Below are positions 1 to 10,121 of a DNA stretch of 64,000 nt, one piece after another. The first letter of the stretch is position 1. The number at the start of each line of letters is the position of its first letter. Location of the stretch: assembly GCA_029261065.1 (NCBI GenBank), contig JAJDCB010000024.1, positions 12,129 to 76,128 on the forward strand. The letters are read 5' to 3'. Both the position numbers and the translations under genes were made by a program. A model generated the notes under the pieces. The model made no database searches and had not been told where the DNA came from. It saw nothing but the letters and a program-made list of their open reading frames with translations. Origin of the DNA: Candidatus Omnitrophota bacterium (GTDB taxonomy: Bacteria; Omnitrophota; Gorgyraeia; Zapsychrales; Zapsychraceae).

Positions 1-1032
1 GTAACTTGCAAAGTAAGTTGGGTATTCTGTTTTGATTCTTTCAAAACTTGTACTATGACCTAAAGCCTCTTGGTATTCTTTGAGGAGCAACATACGTGCT
101 GCTACAAATGTGTAATTAGGTTCTTTTTCAATAAAGGATTTTGTAGCCATAATGTTGGAATCAACCATCTGAGTTTCGGAGATCCCATTGTAATAATTTT
201 TTAAAGATTCTTCTAAGATGTTGTTAACGGATACATCGCTGATGCCTTGGCAGCATGTCTCAATTTGAAATCGAATGTCTTCTAAATTAAGAGATTTATC
301 CTCTCCTGTTTTAGTTTTGTATTTTAGCTTTTTGGTCCACTCAAAAGAATTGTCGGACAATAAATTTTCTGTATTTTTACGACGAGATTGGGCTCGTTGT
401 TCACGGTAAATGATGTAACGCCGCGTTTCATCGTGATGTCCAGATTTCATCAAGTTCTTCTCGACTAAATCTTGAATCTCTTCAATATGAATACATTTGC
501 CATTAGGCCAAAGTGTCTCGATTTCTGTAACAACGCTACTAGACACCTCTTTGGCTCTATCGAGCAATCTTTGAGACAGTATCTCATTATTGCTAGCGCG
601 GAAGACTTTGGCGACAGCGTATGTGATTTTTTCAGGTTTAAATGAGACTACTTTACCATCACGTTTGGTAATGGAATATAGATCAAATAAGGCGCGGCGT
701 GCAGCATGTTGTTTACGGTAGTTTGCATATAATTCGGCAGCTTCTTTAAAACCATTTTCAAATAATTGTCGAATAACTTCATCTTGGATTTCCTCGACAG
801 TGATATGATCTTTGTTTTGGATGCGTTCTGTCAGAACAGAAAAAACACATTCATAGACTTTTTCCACATGACGTGATGCCTCAATGGAGAGTTCGACTTC
901 CCGCGGGAGTTGGTTGAAATCTTTAAACGCATTACCGATCGCAACTTTAATACGGTGTTCGTTGTACGATACGATTTGACCGTTGCGTTTTTTGACTTTG
1001 ATGTCTAAGCGGGTTGTTGATTCATGAGACAT
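1..1032 (-). CDS. nrdA: Ribonucleoside-diphosphate reductase alpha subunit, N-terminal part (runs off window), with three tandem ATP-cone-like domains
   Basis: Not in the ORF track; translated by hand from ATG 1032 (AGGAGG SD upstream). MSHESTTRLDIKVKKRNGQIVSYNEHRIKVAI..ITVEEIQDEV; ITKRDGKVVSFKPEKI..IHIEEIQDLVE; third degenerate cone ..KSFIEKEPNYTFVAARMLL typical of class Ia NrdA. NrdR boxes upstream. Confidence 0.88.
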   Translation of the reverse strand, partial: MSHESTTRLDIKVKKRNGQIVSYNEHRIKVAIGNAFKDFNQLPREVELSIEASRHVEKVYECVFSVLTERIQNKDHITVEEIQDEVIRQLFENGFKEAAELYANYRKQHAARRALFDLYSITKRDGKVVSFKPEKITYAVAKVFRASNNEILSQRLLDRAKEVSSSVVTEIETLWPNGKCIHIEEIQDLVEKNLMKSGHHDETRRYIIYREQRAQSRRKNTENLLSDNSFEWTKKLKYKTKTGEDKSLNLEDIRFQIETCCQGISDVSVNNILEESLKNYYNGISETQMVDSNIMATKSFIEKEPNYTFVAARMLLLKEYQEALGHSTSFERIKTEYPTYFASY

Positions 1033-1205
1033 TAGGCGAGTCCTCCTGTTTTGCTGTGGTTTGGAGACAAATGTATTAAGAAATTTATTGTTTTTGAAGA
1101 AAAACGGATAGTTTTAATAGGAAAATAGCTAGTTTTGAAGTTTCTTTTAACTGTCATTTTTGAAGCGGTAAGTTGTTACTTAACTATTAATTTTTTGGTA
1201 CGAAG

Positions 1206-1251
1206 GCACAAGATATTGTAGATAAATTATTTAAGATACTATATATAGTAT
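1206..1251. promoter_or_regulatory. Two tandem NrdR boxes upstream of nrdA
   Basis: GCACAAGATATTGTAG (1206-1221) and the perfect palindrome ATACTATATATAGTAT (1236-1251) match the NrdR consensus acaCwAtATaTwGtgt. They are 30 bp apart, and the second overlaps the -10. Confidence 0.85.
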
Positions 1252-1273
1252 GTATATTTAATGCTTGCGTCAA
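1245..1273 (-). promoter_or_regulatory. sigma70-type promoter of nrdA
   Basis: TTGACG-17 bp-TACTAT on the minus strand. Confidence 0.65.
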
Positions 1274-1322
1274 GATCTATTTCAACTTTTTTAATAAAAA
1301 ATTGTAATTTTTTGCGCATCTC

Positions 1323-1347
1323 CCCTTAACGGCCTTCACCGTCAAGG
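1323..1347 (-). terminator. Hairpin after sodA (probable terminator)
   Basis: CCTTGACGG-loop-CCGTTAAGG stem just downstream of the sodA stop. Confidence 0.45.
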
Positions 1348-1364
1348 AAAGGTAAGAATTTGTT

Positions 1365-1985
1365 TTATTGAGCGCTACTATAGCGTTTGGCAACAGCATC
1401 CCAATTAACTACATTCCAAAATGCGGCCACATAATCTGGACGACGATTTTGATAATTTAAATAATAGGCATGTTCCCAAACATCAATCCCAAGGATAGGT
1501 GTTCCTTTACAATCGACGACATCCATAGCAGGATTATCTTGATTTGCAGTAGAGCAGACACACAACTTTCCAGCAGATACACACAACCAAGCCCAACCAC
1601 TTCCAAAACGAGTAGCTGCGGCATTCGCGAACTTTTCTTTAAAACTATCAAAACTACCAAATTCTTTATCTATAGCATCAGCTAAATCACCGGAAGGAGC
1701 TCCCCCTCCATTGGGACCAATAACATCCCAAAATAACGAATGATTATAATGCCCACCTCCATTATTTCTAACGGGTCCTTGAATTTCTTGAGGAAGGCCT
1801 GATATGTTAGAAATTAATTCTTCGATACTTTTAGAGCCTAAATCATCTTTGCCTTCAATAGCAGCATTAAGTTTGCTTACATAAGCGGCATGATGTTTGC
1901 CATAATGGATCTCCATCGTTTTGGCATCAATGTGTGGTTCTAATGCGGTAAAGGCGTAAGCCAAATCTGGTACTGAAAAAGCCAT
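1365..1985 (-). CDS. sodA: Superoxide dismutase, Mn-type signature
   Basis: [31 protein letters not shown] motifs. Confidence 0.93.
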   Translation of the reverse strand: MAFSVPDLAYAFTALEPHIDAKTMEIHYGKHHAAYVSKLNAAIEGKDDLGSKSIEELISNISGLPQEIQGPVRNNGGGHYNHSLFWDVIGPNGGGAPSGDLADAIDKEFGSFDSFKEKFANAAATRFGSGWAWLCVSAGKLCVCSTANQDNPAMDVVDCKGTPILGIDVWEHAYYLNYQNRRPDYVAAFWNVVNWDAVAKRYSSAQ

Positions 1986-2012
1986 TTGCTTTCTCCTTTT
2001 TTTGATAAATGA

Positions 2013-2516
2013 TTAAAGTTTTTTAACGGCTTCTAAGACTTCGTCGTAATTAGGTTCCGTTGTAATTTCGTTAACGACTTGTTTATATTGAACAGTTCCA
2101 TTTGCATCAACTACAAAAATAGCACGCGCCAATAAACGAACCCCATCGACAAGCAAACCATAGCTTTGAGCAAAGTTTCCATCGCGATGATCAGAAAGTG
2201 TGATCACTTTATCGCTTCCTGTTGCTCCACACCATCTTTTTTGAGCAAAAGGCAAATCCATGCTGACGGTTACGATAACAACATCACCAAGGTTTTCAGC
2301 TTCTTGATTAAATCGTTTTGTTTGTAAATCACAAATTGGTGTATCTAGGGATGGAACGACGGAGAGGATTACTTTTTTCCCCTTTAGTGACGATAGTTTA
2401 AATTCTGATAAATCGTTAGCGACAAGGACACAATCTGGAGCATCATCGCCTACATTTATTTCATTTCCTAAAAGCGTAACGGGATTGCCTTTCATTGTTA
2501 CAGCTGACATGTGCAT
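2013..2516 (-). CDS. tpx: Thiol peroxidase (start may be 2510)
   Basis: VPSLDTPICDLQTKRFN, SMDLPFAQKRWC, EPNYD motifs. Confidence 0.95.
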   Translation of the reverse strand: MHMSAVTMKGNPVTLLGNEINVGDDAPDCVLVANDLSEFKLSSLKGKKVILSVVPSLDTPICDLQTKRFNQEAENLGDVVIVTVSMDLPFAQKRWCGATGSDKVITLSDHRDGNFAQSYGLLVDGVRLLARAIFVVDANGTVQYKQVVNEITTEPNYDEVLEAVKKL

Positions 2517-2540
2517 CTCCTTAAATTATTAATCGAGTAA

Positions 2541-3203
2541 TTATTCTTCTAAAAAGAGTTTGTAACTCATAGCCCCTAAGACGCTACCAATAATAGGGCC
2601 GACCCAATAAATCCAAATATTTTGAAGACCTCCACCTAGCAGTGCAGGGCCTAAATGACGGGCGGGATTCATGGCAGCCCCAGAAACAGGTCCGCCAATT
2701 AAAATATCTAATGTTACAGCTAATCCAATAAATAAAGCCCCCACTTGCGGCGCTCTTTTATCAACAGCTGTTCCATAAATGACAAAAACAAGAATGAAGG
2801 TTAAAAATATTTCCATGATTAAACCCATGTTTGCCGATATGCCAGTTCCTAAGGCAGGTGTTCCCATACCAACGGCCATTAACACGTCATTGGGCATACA
2901 TAGTTTGATGGCAACGGCTGCGGCAATACCACCTAAACACTGTGCGATGATATAACCAATGGTGTTAACAGCATCAATTTTTTTTGCAACAAATAAACCA
3001 ATACTAACGGCCGGATTTAAATGCCCACCACTGATAGCTGCAGTGGCTGATGCCATAACGGCAATGGTTAAACCATGAGCTAACGCGATACCAACTAAGC
3101 CGGATGCGCCTCCTGTGATATGATCAGAGGCAATTGCGCCAACACCAACAAAGATGAGTGCAAATGTTCCAATAAATTCTGCTATAAGTGCTTTTTGATT
3201 CAT
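2541..3203 (-). CDS. Aquaporin / MIP family channel
   Basis: AEFIGTF, two NPA motifs (SGGHLNPAVS, MNPARHLGP), WIYWVGP. Confidence 0.95.
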   Translation of the reverse strand: MNQKALIAEFIGTFALIFVGVGAIASDHITGGASGLVGIALAHGLTIAVMASATAAISGGHLNPAVSIGLFVAKKIDAVNTIGYIIAQCLGGIAAAVAIKLCMPNDVLMAVGMGTPALGTGISANMGLIMEIFLTFILVFVIYGTAVDKRAPQVGALFIGLAVTLDILIGGPVSGAAMNPARHLGPALLGGGLQNIWIYWVGPIIGSVLGAMSYKLFLEE

Positions 3204-3406
3204 GAAGTCTCCTAAAATTGAGGATTTCTAATCTGTAGATCCTTTCGAAGTGTTATATATATTACTTCAATTATAATATTTGTCAATAAAAAGGTAGTCC
3301 TTAAAGACTAAAGAAAACAATAGTGTTAATTGTTAGTTAAAAAATGTATGTTATAATAATTCATAATAATTATTTTTAATAATATTCAATTCCTCGAGGA
3401 GAAATT

Positions 3407-3820
3407 ATGTATACTTATCAAACAAAAATTAAACTTCATCAAACAGATGCTGCAGGTTTATTGTTCTTTGCTCATCAATTTGAAATTATACATGATGCGT
3501 ATGAATCTTTGTTAGAAGGGATTGGTTTTGGGTTTGCAGAATTGATAAGAAACAAAGATTTTTTTCTTCCTATTGTTCATGCAGAGGCTGATTATAAATT
3601 ACCTTTGTTTGTGGGTGATGTTATAGAGGTTCAAGTGCGCGTTGGCAACATTGGTAAAACGTCTTTTAGTTTTGAATATCAATTGTTAAATACACAACAA
3701 CAAATTGTTGGAACAGCAAAAACAATTCATGTCACAATTGATAATAAAGAACACAAAAAAATTCCTCTCCCCTCTTTAATGCGAGAAAAAATTGAAGAGC
3801 TCTGCAGCGACAAGCAATAA
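3407..3820 (+). CDS. Hotdog-fold acyl-CoA thioesterase, probable DHNA-CoA hydrolase (MenI function)
   Basis: QTDAAGLLFFAH 4HBT-type motif resembling cyanobacterial DHNA-CoA thioesterase; convergent with menE. Confidence 0.75.
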   Translation: MYTYQTKIKLHQTDAAGLLFFAHQFEIIHDAYESLLEGIGFGFAELIRNKDFFLPIVHAEADYKLPLFVGDVIEVQVRVGNIGKTSFSFEYQLLNTQQQIVGTAKTIHVTIDNKEHKKIPLPSLMREKIEELCSDKQ

Positions 3821-3850
3821 AATTCATTTTTTGATTAACAATATTCTTTG

Positions 3851-5305
3851 TTAAGAACCTAATTCAACGGTATAGTTTTTAGCTAACTCTTTTAAAGCCT
3901 CTCGGTCTACTTTTAAGGTTTGATTATTTAGTAGCCCAGGCCAAAGGTAGTATCTATCGGGGAGTTTAAATTTAGGGACTTTTTGCTGCAGTATTTCTTC
4001 GGTTTGTTTTCGACTAAATTCTTGATTATGTGCTTGTTGAATAAAAGCTACTGGTCTAAACCCAAATTCTTCATCTTTGACAGGAACAACAATCGCATTT
4101 TCTACCTCAATACATTGACATAAGTAATGCTCGATCTCCTCGGGTTGAATGTTCTCCCCACCTGATATAAACATGTTATCTTTTCGTCCAACAATTTTGA
4201 TATTATGATTTTTGTCTTCCCGTCCTAAATCTCCCGTATGAAACCACCCTTCTTCATCAAGCGCCTGATCGATACCAGCATATTCTTTAAATAACGTAGG
4301 ACCTTTAACATATATTTCACGATCATCCGCAATTTTTATTTCACGGTGATTAAGTGTTTTTAAGTTTGCATGTAATGAGTCTTGTGTGAGCTTCTCAGAG
4401 GTTGCCACAGAAGATGCCATTTCGGTTAATCCATAAGTTACAAAAACGGAAAGCTTATGATCACATGCTTTTTTTAAAAGACTTTCATTAATGGCTGCCC
4501 CTCCCAACAAAAGGCCTTTTAACGTTTTCATCTTATCAACGGTCACTGTTTCTTTAATCAAACGAAGCAATTGTGTAGGAACTAATGACATATAACTTAT
4601 GTTATGATTTAAGATGGCTTCTGTTAAAGAAGAATTTGAATCAGGAACCACGATTGTGGCCCCAGCTAATAGACATCGAAAGATAATGCTTAATCCACCG
4701 ACGTGATATAACGGCAAAGATAATAGCCAAGTGTCTGTACTTTTAAGATCAAGATGCTCATTGTTTCCTATGGCATTGTAATGATGATTGGCATAAGTGT
4801 GTATGACAGCTTTTGGTTTGGCATTTGATCCAGAGGTGTAAATAATGGTCATTTCTTCTTCAGGGTTAAGACTTGATTTTTTTATTTCGCTATCTTCAAA
4901 AGCAACGGCGTAATGTTGAATCAAAAAGGGAAGATCAATTTTTTCTAACGTTACTGTTTGCGATTGTAAAATGTCTTTTAAAGAACTTACTAGAATTTTA
5001 CATTTTAGTTCTTGAGATTGAGTATTAATTTGCTCATGAGGTGATTTAGGATTTAGCAAACAGCTGACCGCCCCCATGCGCCACAAAGCAAGGAGAATGA
5101 CGATGGTATCAATACTTTTATCGACACAGACGGCAATGCGATCCTTAGGTTTAATCCCTCGTTTTTCTAGTTCAGCTTGAATAGCACATACGGAATTAAT
5201 AAGTAATTTATAGGAAATTGTAAGGTCCGCTCCAATAATGGCTGGGTGTTCAGGAGAGTTTTGGGCGTGTTGATCTAGAGGAAAGATTATTTCAGAGGTT
5301 ATCAT
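3851..5305 (-). CDS. menE: o-succinylbenzoate-CoA ligase
   Basis: YTSGS..PK AMP-binding motif, LPLYHVGG, YGLTEMAS, FISGGENIQPEEIE; lies in the men cluster. Confidence 0.93.
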   Translation of the reverse strand: MITSEIIFPLDQHAQNSPEHPAIIGADLTISYKLLINSVCAIQAELEKRGIKPKDRIAVCVDKSIDTIVILLALWRMGAVSCLLNPKSPHEQINTQSQELKCKILVSSLKDILQSQTVTLEKIDLPFLIQHYAVAFEDSEIKKSSLNPEEEMTIIYTSGSNAKPKAVIHTYANHHYNAIGNNEHLDLKSTDTWLLSLPLYHVGGLSIIFRCLLAGATIVVPDSNSSLTEAILNHNISYMSLVPTQLLRLIKETVTVDKMKTLKGLLLGGAAINESLLKKACDHKLSVFVTYGLTEMASSVATSEKLTQDSLHANLKTLNHREIKIADDREIYVKGPTLFKEYAGIDQALDEEGWFHTGDLGREDKNHNIKIVGRKDNMFISGGENIQPEEIEHYLCQCIEVENAIVVPVKDEEFGFRPVAFIQQAHNQEFSRKQTEEILQQKVPKFKLPDRYYLWPGLLNNQTLKVDREALKELAKNYTVELGS

Positions 5306-6387
5306 AGTTCTTTTAATAAATCGAATCGAATATTGTCTTTGCGTAACAACTTACTACTAATATCTAATTTCCCGTTATGAAAGTCAAGGCTTTCCTTTAA
5401 TAATTGTTCTTTAAACCATTTTAGGGTATCGATACCAACGTTATTGTCTCTTGTAAAACTTCCTGAAAGATGTGCTAAGTTAAATAGTCCTATGTCTGAT
5501 TCAAAAGAAGAACTGATAACGGTTTTAATGGCTAAACCAACGGCTTGATTGATAATCGAACAGATTTTAGAAAAGCTTCTTTCTAATGTTGGTTTTAAAA
5601 TAAGCACATCAACGCCTACAATAGATCGAATGTCGTCAAAGCCAAACTCTCTTAAAGATTCATCTAAGGCCACAGGAATCATGCTTTCATTAAAGAAATC
5701 AGGAATTTTTTCAATATCTTTGAAAGGTTCTTCAATATAATCAATGGCCGCCAAGCCTACTTTATTGGCAAAATAAGTAGCTTCTTTAAAAGACCACGCT
5801 TGATTAGCATCGACGTGAAGAACCGCCTTACCTTTTAAAATTTCGGTGAGAGCAAGAACTTTTCGAATGTCTTCTTCAACGTTTGATCCCACCTTTAATT
5901 TTAATGCCTTAAAACCTCGATCTAATAAATCTTGTGCTTGAGGAAGGATTTCTGACTCCTTGCCTGTGAGCAAACCATTGATATGAACAATGTCATGCGT
6001 TTTATCAGATAAAAGTTTATTTAAGCAGATCTGTTTTTTGTTAGCTAAAAGGTGATATAGACTTGATTCAATTCCAAAAGAGACAGATTTTAATAATTTA
6101 TCTTCATCAAAATATTTTTCTAATTCTTTTTCTAATGTCTTTAGGGTTTCAGGCAGCTCAAGATTGTTAAAAAAATGTTTTAATTCTTTGAGCTGTTTAA
6201 TACTGTCTTCTAATGTTTCTTGGCTAAAGTTGGGTAAAGGAGCGCATTCGCCAAATCCTTCAAAACCATCGTCACTGGTCAGATGAATAATAACCCCTTC
6301 CCTTTGATCAAAGAGATCGCCTTTAAGCCATAGCGGTTTGACAAATGGAATTTTGTATTGATAGATTTTAAAAGAAGAGATCTTCAT
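5302..6387 (-). CDS. menC: o-succinylbenzoate synthase
   Basis: Enolase superfamily KLKVG, DANQAW, YIEEP, ALDES, ILKPT; context. Confidence 0.93.
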   Translation of the reverse strand: MKISSFKIYQYKIPFVKPLWLKGDLFDQREGVIIHLTSDDGFEGFGECAPLPNFSQETLEDSIKQLKELKHFFNNLELPETLKTLEKELEKYFDEDKLLKSVSFGIESSLYHLLANKKQICLNKLLSDKTHDIVHINGLLTGKESEILPQAQDLLDRGFKALKLKVGSNVEEDIRKVLALTEILKGKAVLHVDANQAWSFKEATYFANKVGLAAIDYIEEPFKDIEKIPDFFNESMIPVALDESLREFGFDDIRSIVGVDVLILKPTLERSFSKICSIINQAVGLAIKTVISSSFESDIGLFNLAHLSGSFTRDNNVGIDTLKWFKEQLLKESLDFHNGKLDISSKLLRKDNIRFDLLKEL

Positions 6388-7264
6388 AGACCCAACCCAC
6401 GGAAAATAGAATGCTGTAGATAATTAATAATTTTCCCGTAAAAGCCAATGTTGCATTTAAGGCAGGGCCATCTTTTTGAGAACTAATTGTAATATAAGCC
6501 GGAATAGCGATAAGACTTATAATCGTTGCATATAAAATTTGTATATGATCTTTAATGAATAAGTAGATCAAGACCGGAATTAAAGAAGCGCAGATAATTG
6601 CAAAAATATATTCGTATTTGGCAAAGTTACGACCAAATCGGACAGCTAATGTCTTTTTGTTTGTTTTTTTATCGTCCTCAACATCTCGAAGATTATTGAC
6701 GGCAAGAATAGCCACAGAAATTAAGCCTGGTGCCAAACCAGCGAGGACAACAGCCATATTGATTTCAAATGATTGCACATAATAAGTTCCTGCCACAGCC
6801 ACTGGTCCAAAGAATATCAAAACAAAAATATCGCCTAATCCCAAATAACCTAAAGGTCTTGGACCGGCGGTGTAAAATAAGCCTGATAAAATCGATAAAA
6901 CACCAATGATGATAATCGGCATTCCTCCTCGTTTGGCTAAAAAAAGACAAATCAGAGCAGATAATGTAAAGGAAATGATTGTTGCCATTTTAACGGCTTC
7001 TGGTTTGATTAAACCGGCTTGTGTCACACGTGTGGGTCCAATTCTTTCTGAGGTATCTGTCCCCTTTTTAAAATCAAAATAATCATTGGCAAGGTTTGTG
7101 CCTATTTGAATCGTAAGCGCTGCGAAAAAACAAAGAATTGCGGTTGTGATATGATACACACCATCGCCCACCGCCATGGCCGTGCCAATAAGAACAGGAC
7201 TAATGGATGCGCTTAAGGTTTTTGGCCGGATGGCCATGATCCAAATTTTTAGTGGGGAGTGCAT
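6368..7264 (-). CDS. menA: 1,4-dihydroxy-2-naphthoate polyprenyltransferase (start re-called at 7264)
   Basis: RPKTL, NLANDYFDFKKGTD, NNLRDVEDD; the longer ORF-track start (7348) overlaps menB. Confidence 0.93.
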   Translation of the reverse strand: MHSPLKIWIMAIRPKTLSASISPVLIGTAMAVGDGVYHITTAILCFFAALTIQIGTNLANDYFDFKKGTDTSERIGPTRVTQAGLIKPEAVKMATIISFTLSALICLFLAKRGGMPIIIIGVLSILSGLFYTAGPRPLGYLGLGDIFVLIFFGPVAVAGTYYVQSFEINMAVVLAGLAPGLISVAILAVNNLRDVEDDKKTNKKTLAVRFGRNFAKYEYIFAIICASLIPVLIYLFIKDHIQILYATIISLIAIPAYITISSQKDGPALNATLAFTGKLLIIYSILFSVGWVYEDLFF

Positions 7265-7268
7265 GATG

Positions 7269-8102
7269 TTAAGGTCTTCGTGGGAATTTGGAAAAATCTG
7301 GTTTGCGTTTTTCAACAAAAGCATTGCGCCCTTCTTGGCCTTCTTCACTCATGTAATAAAGCATCGTCGCATTACCGGCTAATTCTTGAAGGCCTGCTTG
7401 GCCATCGCAATCGGCATTAAGGGCCGCCTTCAAACATCGAATGGCCATGGGGGAATTGGCTAATATCTCACGGCACCATTGAACGGTTTCCGTTTCGAGA
7501 TCTTTATAAGGAACAACTTTATTAACGAGACCCATATCAAGAGCCTCTTGCGCATTGTATTGTCGACAAAGAAACCAAATTTCGCGTGCCTTTTTCTGAC
7601 CGACAATGCGCGCCATATAACTCGCACCATAACCACCATCAAAAGATCCTACTTTAGGGCCTGTTTGACCAAAAATTGCATTATCAGCGGCAATACTTAT
7701 ATCACAAATCAAGTGAAGAATATGCCCACCTCCTACTGCAAAACCAGCGATCATCGCAATAATGGGTTTAGGACATGTCCGCATCTGGCGCTGAAAATCA
7801 AGGACATTCAAACGATTCGTCCCCTTAGCATCTTTGTAACCCGCATCCCCTCGAATTTTCTGATCACCACCAGAACAAAAAGCCTTCTCACCCGCTCCGG
7901 TTAAGATAATGACGCCAATCGATTCATCCTCACGGGCGTCATTTAAGGCTTGAGACATCTCCATAACAGTCTGCGGACGAAAAGCGTTACGTACTTCAGG
8001 GCGGTTAATCGTGATCTTTGCGATCCCTTCGACTTTATTGTATTTAATATCCGTATATTCGTTGTTCGATTTCCAACTTATTTTTTGCATTTTTGTCGTC
8101 AT
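7269..8102 (-). CDS. menB: 1,4-dihydroxy-2-naphthoyl-CoA synthase
   Basis: [37 protein letters not shown]. Confidence 0.97.
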   Translation of the reverse strand: MTTKMQKISWKSNNEYTDIKYNKVEGIAKITINRPEVRNAFRPQTVMEMSQALNDAREDESIGVIILTGAGEKAFCSGGDQKIRGDAGYKDAKGTNRLNVLDFQRQMRTCPKPIIAMIAGFAVGGGHILHLICDISIAADNAIFGQTGPKVGSFDGGYGASYMARIVGQKKAREIWFLCRQYNAQEALDMGLVNKVVPYKDLETETVQWCREILANSPMAIRCLKAALNADCDGQAGLQELAGNATMLYYMSEEGQEGRNAFVEKRKPDFSKFPRRP

Positions 8103-8195
8103 AATTTATCCAGTGTAACATAATTGAAAAAAAATTCAATCAAATCTAGAATTTGGTTTGTGATAACGGTTAAAAAAGAATGGACATCAATAGCG

Positions 8196-10121
8196 TTAAA
8201 GGTTTTGGATCTTCTTTTTTAATGTGTCGATTTGTTTTTGTTGTTTTTCAATGAGTTCTTTACGTCGTTCGATTTCATCGTTTTGATCCTGAACGACCTT
8301 TGTCAGGAGGGCCGTGATTTCAAGAGGACTTAAGCTTGAGCGATCTTGCGTGGCGATTAAATCAGGGACGTCTTCAGCGATAAATCCGATATTGGGTTGT
8401 TCTGGATTTTGCTTGTATAGAAAGGTAACAGGTTCTAAATTGTCTAAAGCGGCGTGAGCCCTTTTGGAATCAAGCGGGGTGATGTCTCTTTTATATTTTC
8501 GCGAACTAATACTCTGCCAAGTTAAGCCATCACTATAAGCACCATTAGCTGAGCCAACGATAAATAATCTGTCTGGGTCCTCTTCGCGTATGCCAACGTT
8601 ACCATTCGTATCAATCGTTAAATAATCATTACTCATATTTTCAGGGTTAAAACCATGACCTGTTGAAGTGCCATAACTAAAAGAAAAACGGTCATCAGCG
8701 GCCCCGCCGCTCCCGTTACCATAGTGGTTTATAAACCAATGATTATTTTGAGCAGTACCATTTATTGTTGCCGACATCATAATATGTGAGGAATTCCTGT
8801 TGTTATCTCTCACATTAAGTTGTAAGACTCCTACTTCCGCTTCTATGATTATTGATTCTATTCGGTTAGGGAGACGAGTTAGATAATCGACTCCGGTAAG
8901 TTCTTGGGTATCCACATGTAGGACCGCTGTGGTGCCTACGCTTCCAATGCCTAGAGTGTCTTTTTGTAAGTTAAAAACTTCAGTTCCACTTAAAGGATCA
9001 TCATCGTCTGCAAAAATTCTAAAGGCATTGTTGGAAGCGGTAAGGGCAAAGGTTCCACCAGTGGTGTCAATGAGTTCCATAAGGGGATCTGTTCCTTGCA
9101 TATCAATTGTTCCCCATCCTCCAACATGAAGTTCATAATTCGGTTTAACGATGCCTCCAAATCCGAAGAGGGCAAGATTTTGACCTGGTGGATCCCAATA
9201 ATTCATTACCACAGCTGTGTTTTCACTGCCTTCTTTTCCTCCGATTAGGGTAAAAGAATTTTTATCCGAGTTATAATTATCGTGAGCAGAAAGAGTCCAG
9301 TTTGTATGATCAGAACCAACAGAATCATACTCTCTGAGTTTTAAAGAAGTCACGCCGTCATCATTTGCAATATGGAGTTCTGATAGTGGTGGGTTAGGCG
9401 CATCAAATGAACCAAATCCGATTTGGCGTGTGCTTTTTATGGTCATACGATGTTGTTCGGGGCGCCACCACCACTCTGGGTCTGAAAATTTGTCATTATA
9501 TTTTAGAAAAAATGCATCATCGTCTGTCGTTAGACGTCCAAAGAGCCACATATTTGTGAATTGGCCGCTACCATCGACTTCTGTAAAATGAAATTGTGAC
9601 TCAGCCGCACTATGTCTTGGGGCAATTAAATTTAAGAGATTATCACTGTGTGACATCAATAGTTGACCATCAAAGGCTGTATCTCCATAGAGAGCACCAC
9701 TCGGCCAATCAACCGTGAAATTATCATCATGAATATGAAGAATAGCCTTGGGAGCAGATGTGCCTATTCCAAGTTTCATTGGTGTTGAAGAGGATGTTTT
9801 AGTAGGAAAAAGAATATTTCCATTTTGTGTCCATGTGCCTGGAATAGGTCCCCAAATGCCGACATTGGCACCATTATTACCACAGAAACGCAATAGCCCT
9901 GTCACACTATCGACAAAGAGCTCTCCGATCTGACAGTTTGCTGATTGCGTCCGTGGAATCAAGCGGAGTTGATCAAATTGTGCGCTTGGCGTTGAATGAA
10001 AAGAGCTGAGGTTTAAGGTATGTTTGGTCTCTGTATTGGTTAACGCGCTATTAGCATCAACTAAGAATACACCTTGCGTAGAAATCAGGATGATAAGCAT
10101 GATCATGACATTTCTTATCAT
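8196..10121 (-). CDS. Secreted fibre-like protein with C-terminal Peptidase_S74 intramolecular chaperone (paralog 3 of operon)
   Basis: Signal peptide; GIGT..P..LHI / GNVGI repeats; SSRKYKRDITPL..LEPVTFLYK..IGFIAEDVPDL followed by a coiled coil. Confidence 0.85.
   Translation of the reverse strand: MIRNVMIMLIILISTQGVFLVDANSALTNTETKHTLNLSSFHSTPSAQFDQLRLIPRTQSANCQIGELFVDSVTGLLRFCGNNGANVGIWGPIPGTWTQNGNILFPTKTSSSTPMKLGIGTSAPKAILHIHDDNFTVDWPSGALYGDTAFDGQLLMSHSDNLLNLIAPRHSAAESQFHFTEVDGSGQFTNMWLFGRLTTDDDAFFLKYNDKFSDPEWWWRPEQHRMTIKSTRQIGFGSFDAPNPPLSELHIANDDGVTSLKLREYDSVGSDHTNWTLSAHDNYNSDKNSFTLIGGKEGSENTAVVMNYWDPPGQNLALFGFGGIVKPNYELHVGGWGTIDMQGTDPLMELIDTTGGTFALTASNNAFRIFADDDDPLSGTEVFNLQKDTLGIGSVGTTAVLHVDTQELTGVDYLTRLPNRIESIIIEAEVGVLQLNVRDNNRNSSHIMMSATINGTAQNNHWFINHYGNGSGGAADDRFSFSYGTSTGHGFNPENMSNDYLTIDTNGNVGIREEDPDRLFIVGSANGAYSDGLTWQSISSRKYKRDITPLDSKRAHAALDNLEPVTFLYKQNPEQPNIGFIAEDVPDLIATQDRSSLSPLEITALLTKVVQDQNDEIERRKELIEKQQKQIDTLKKKIQNL

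Noticed and set aside
3345-3375. PerR box (TTATAATAATTCATAA) near the stress operon
   Set aside because: Imperfect match in extremely AT-rich DNA that coincides with the thioesterase -10; not distinguishable from chance.
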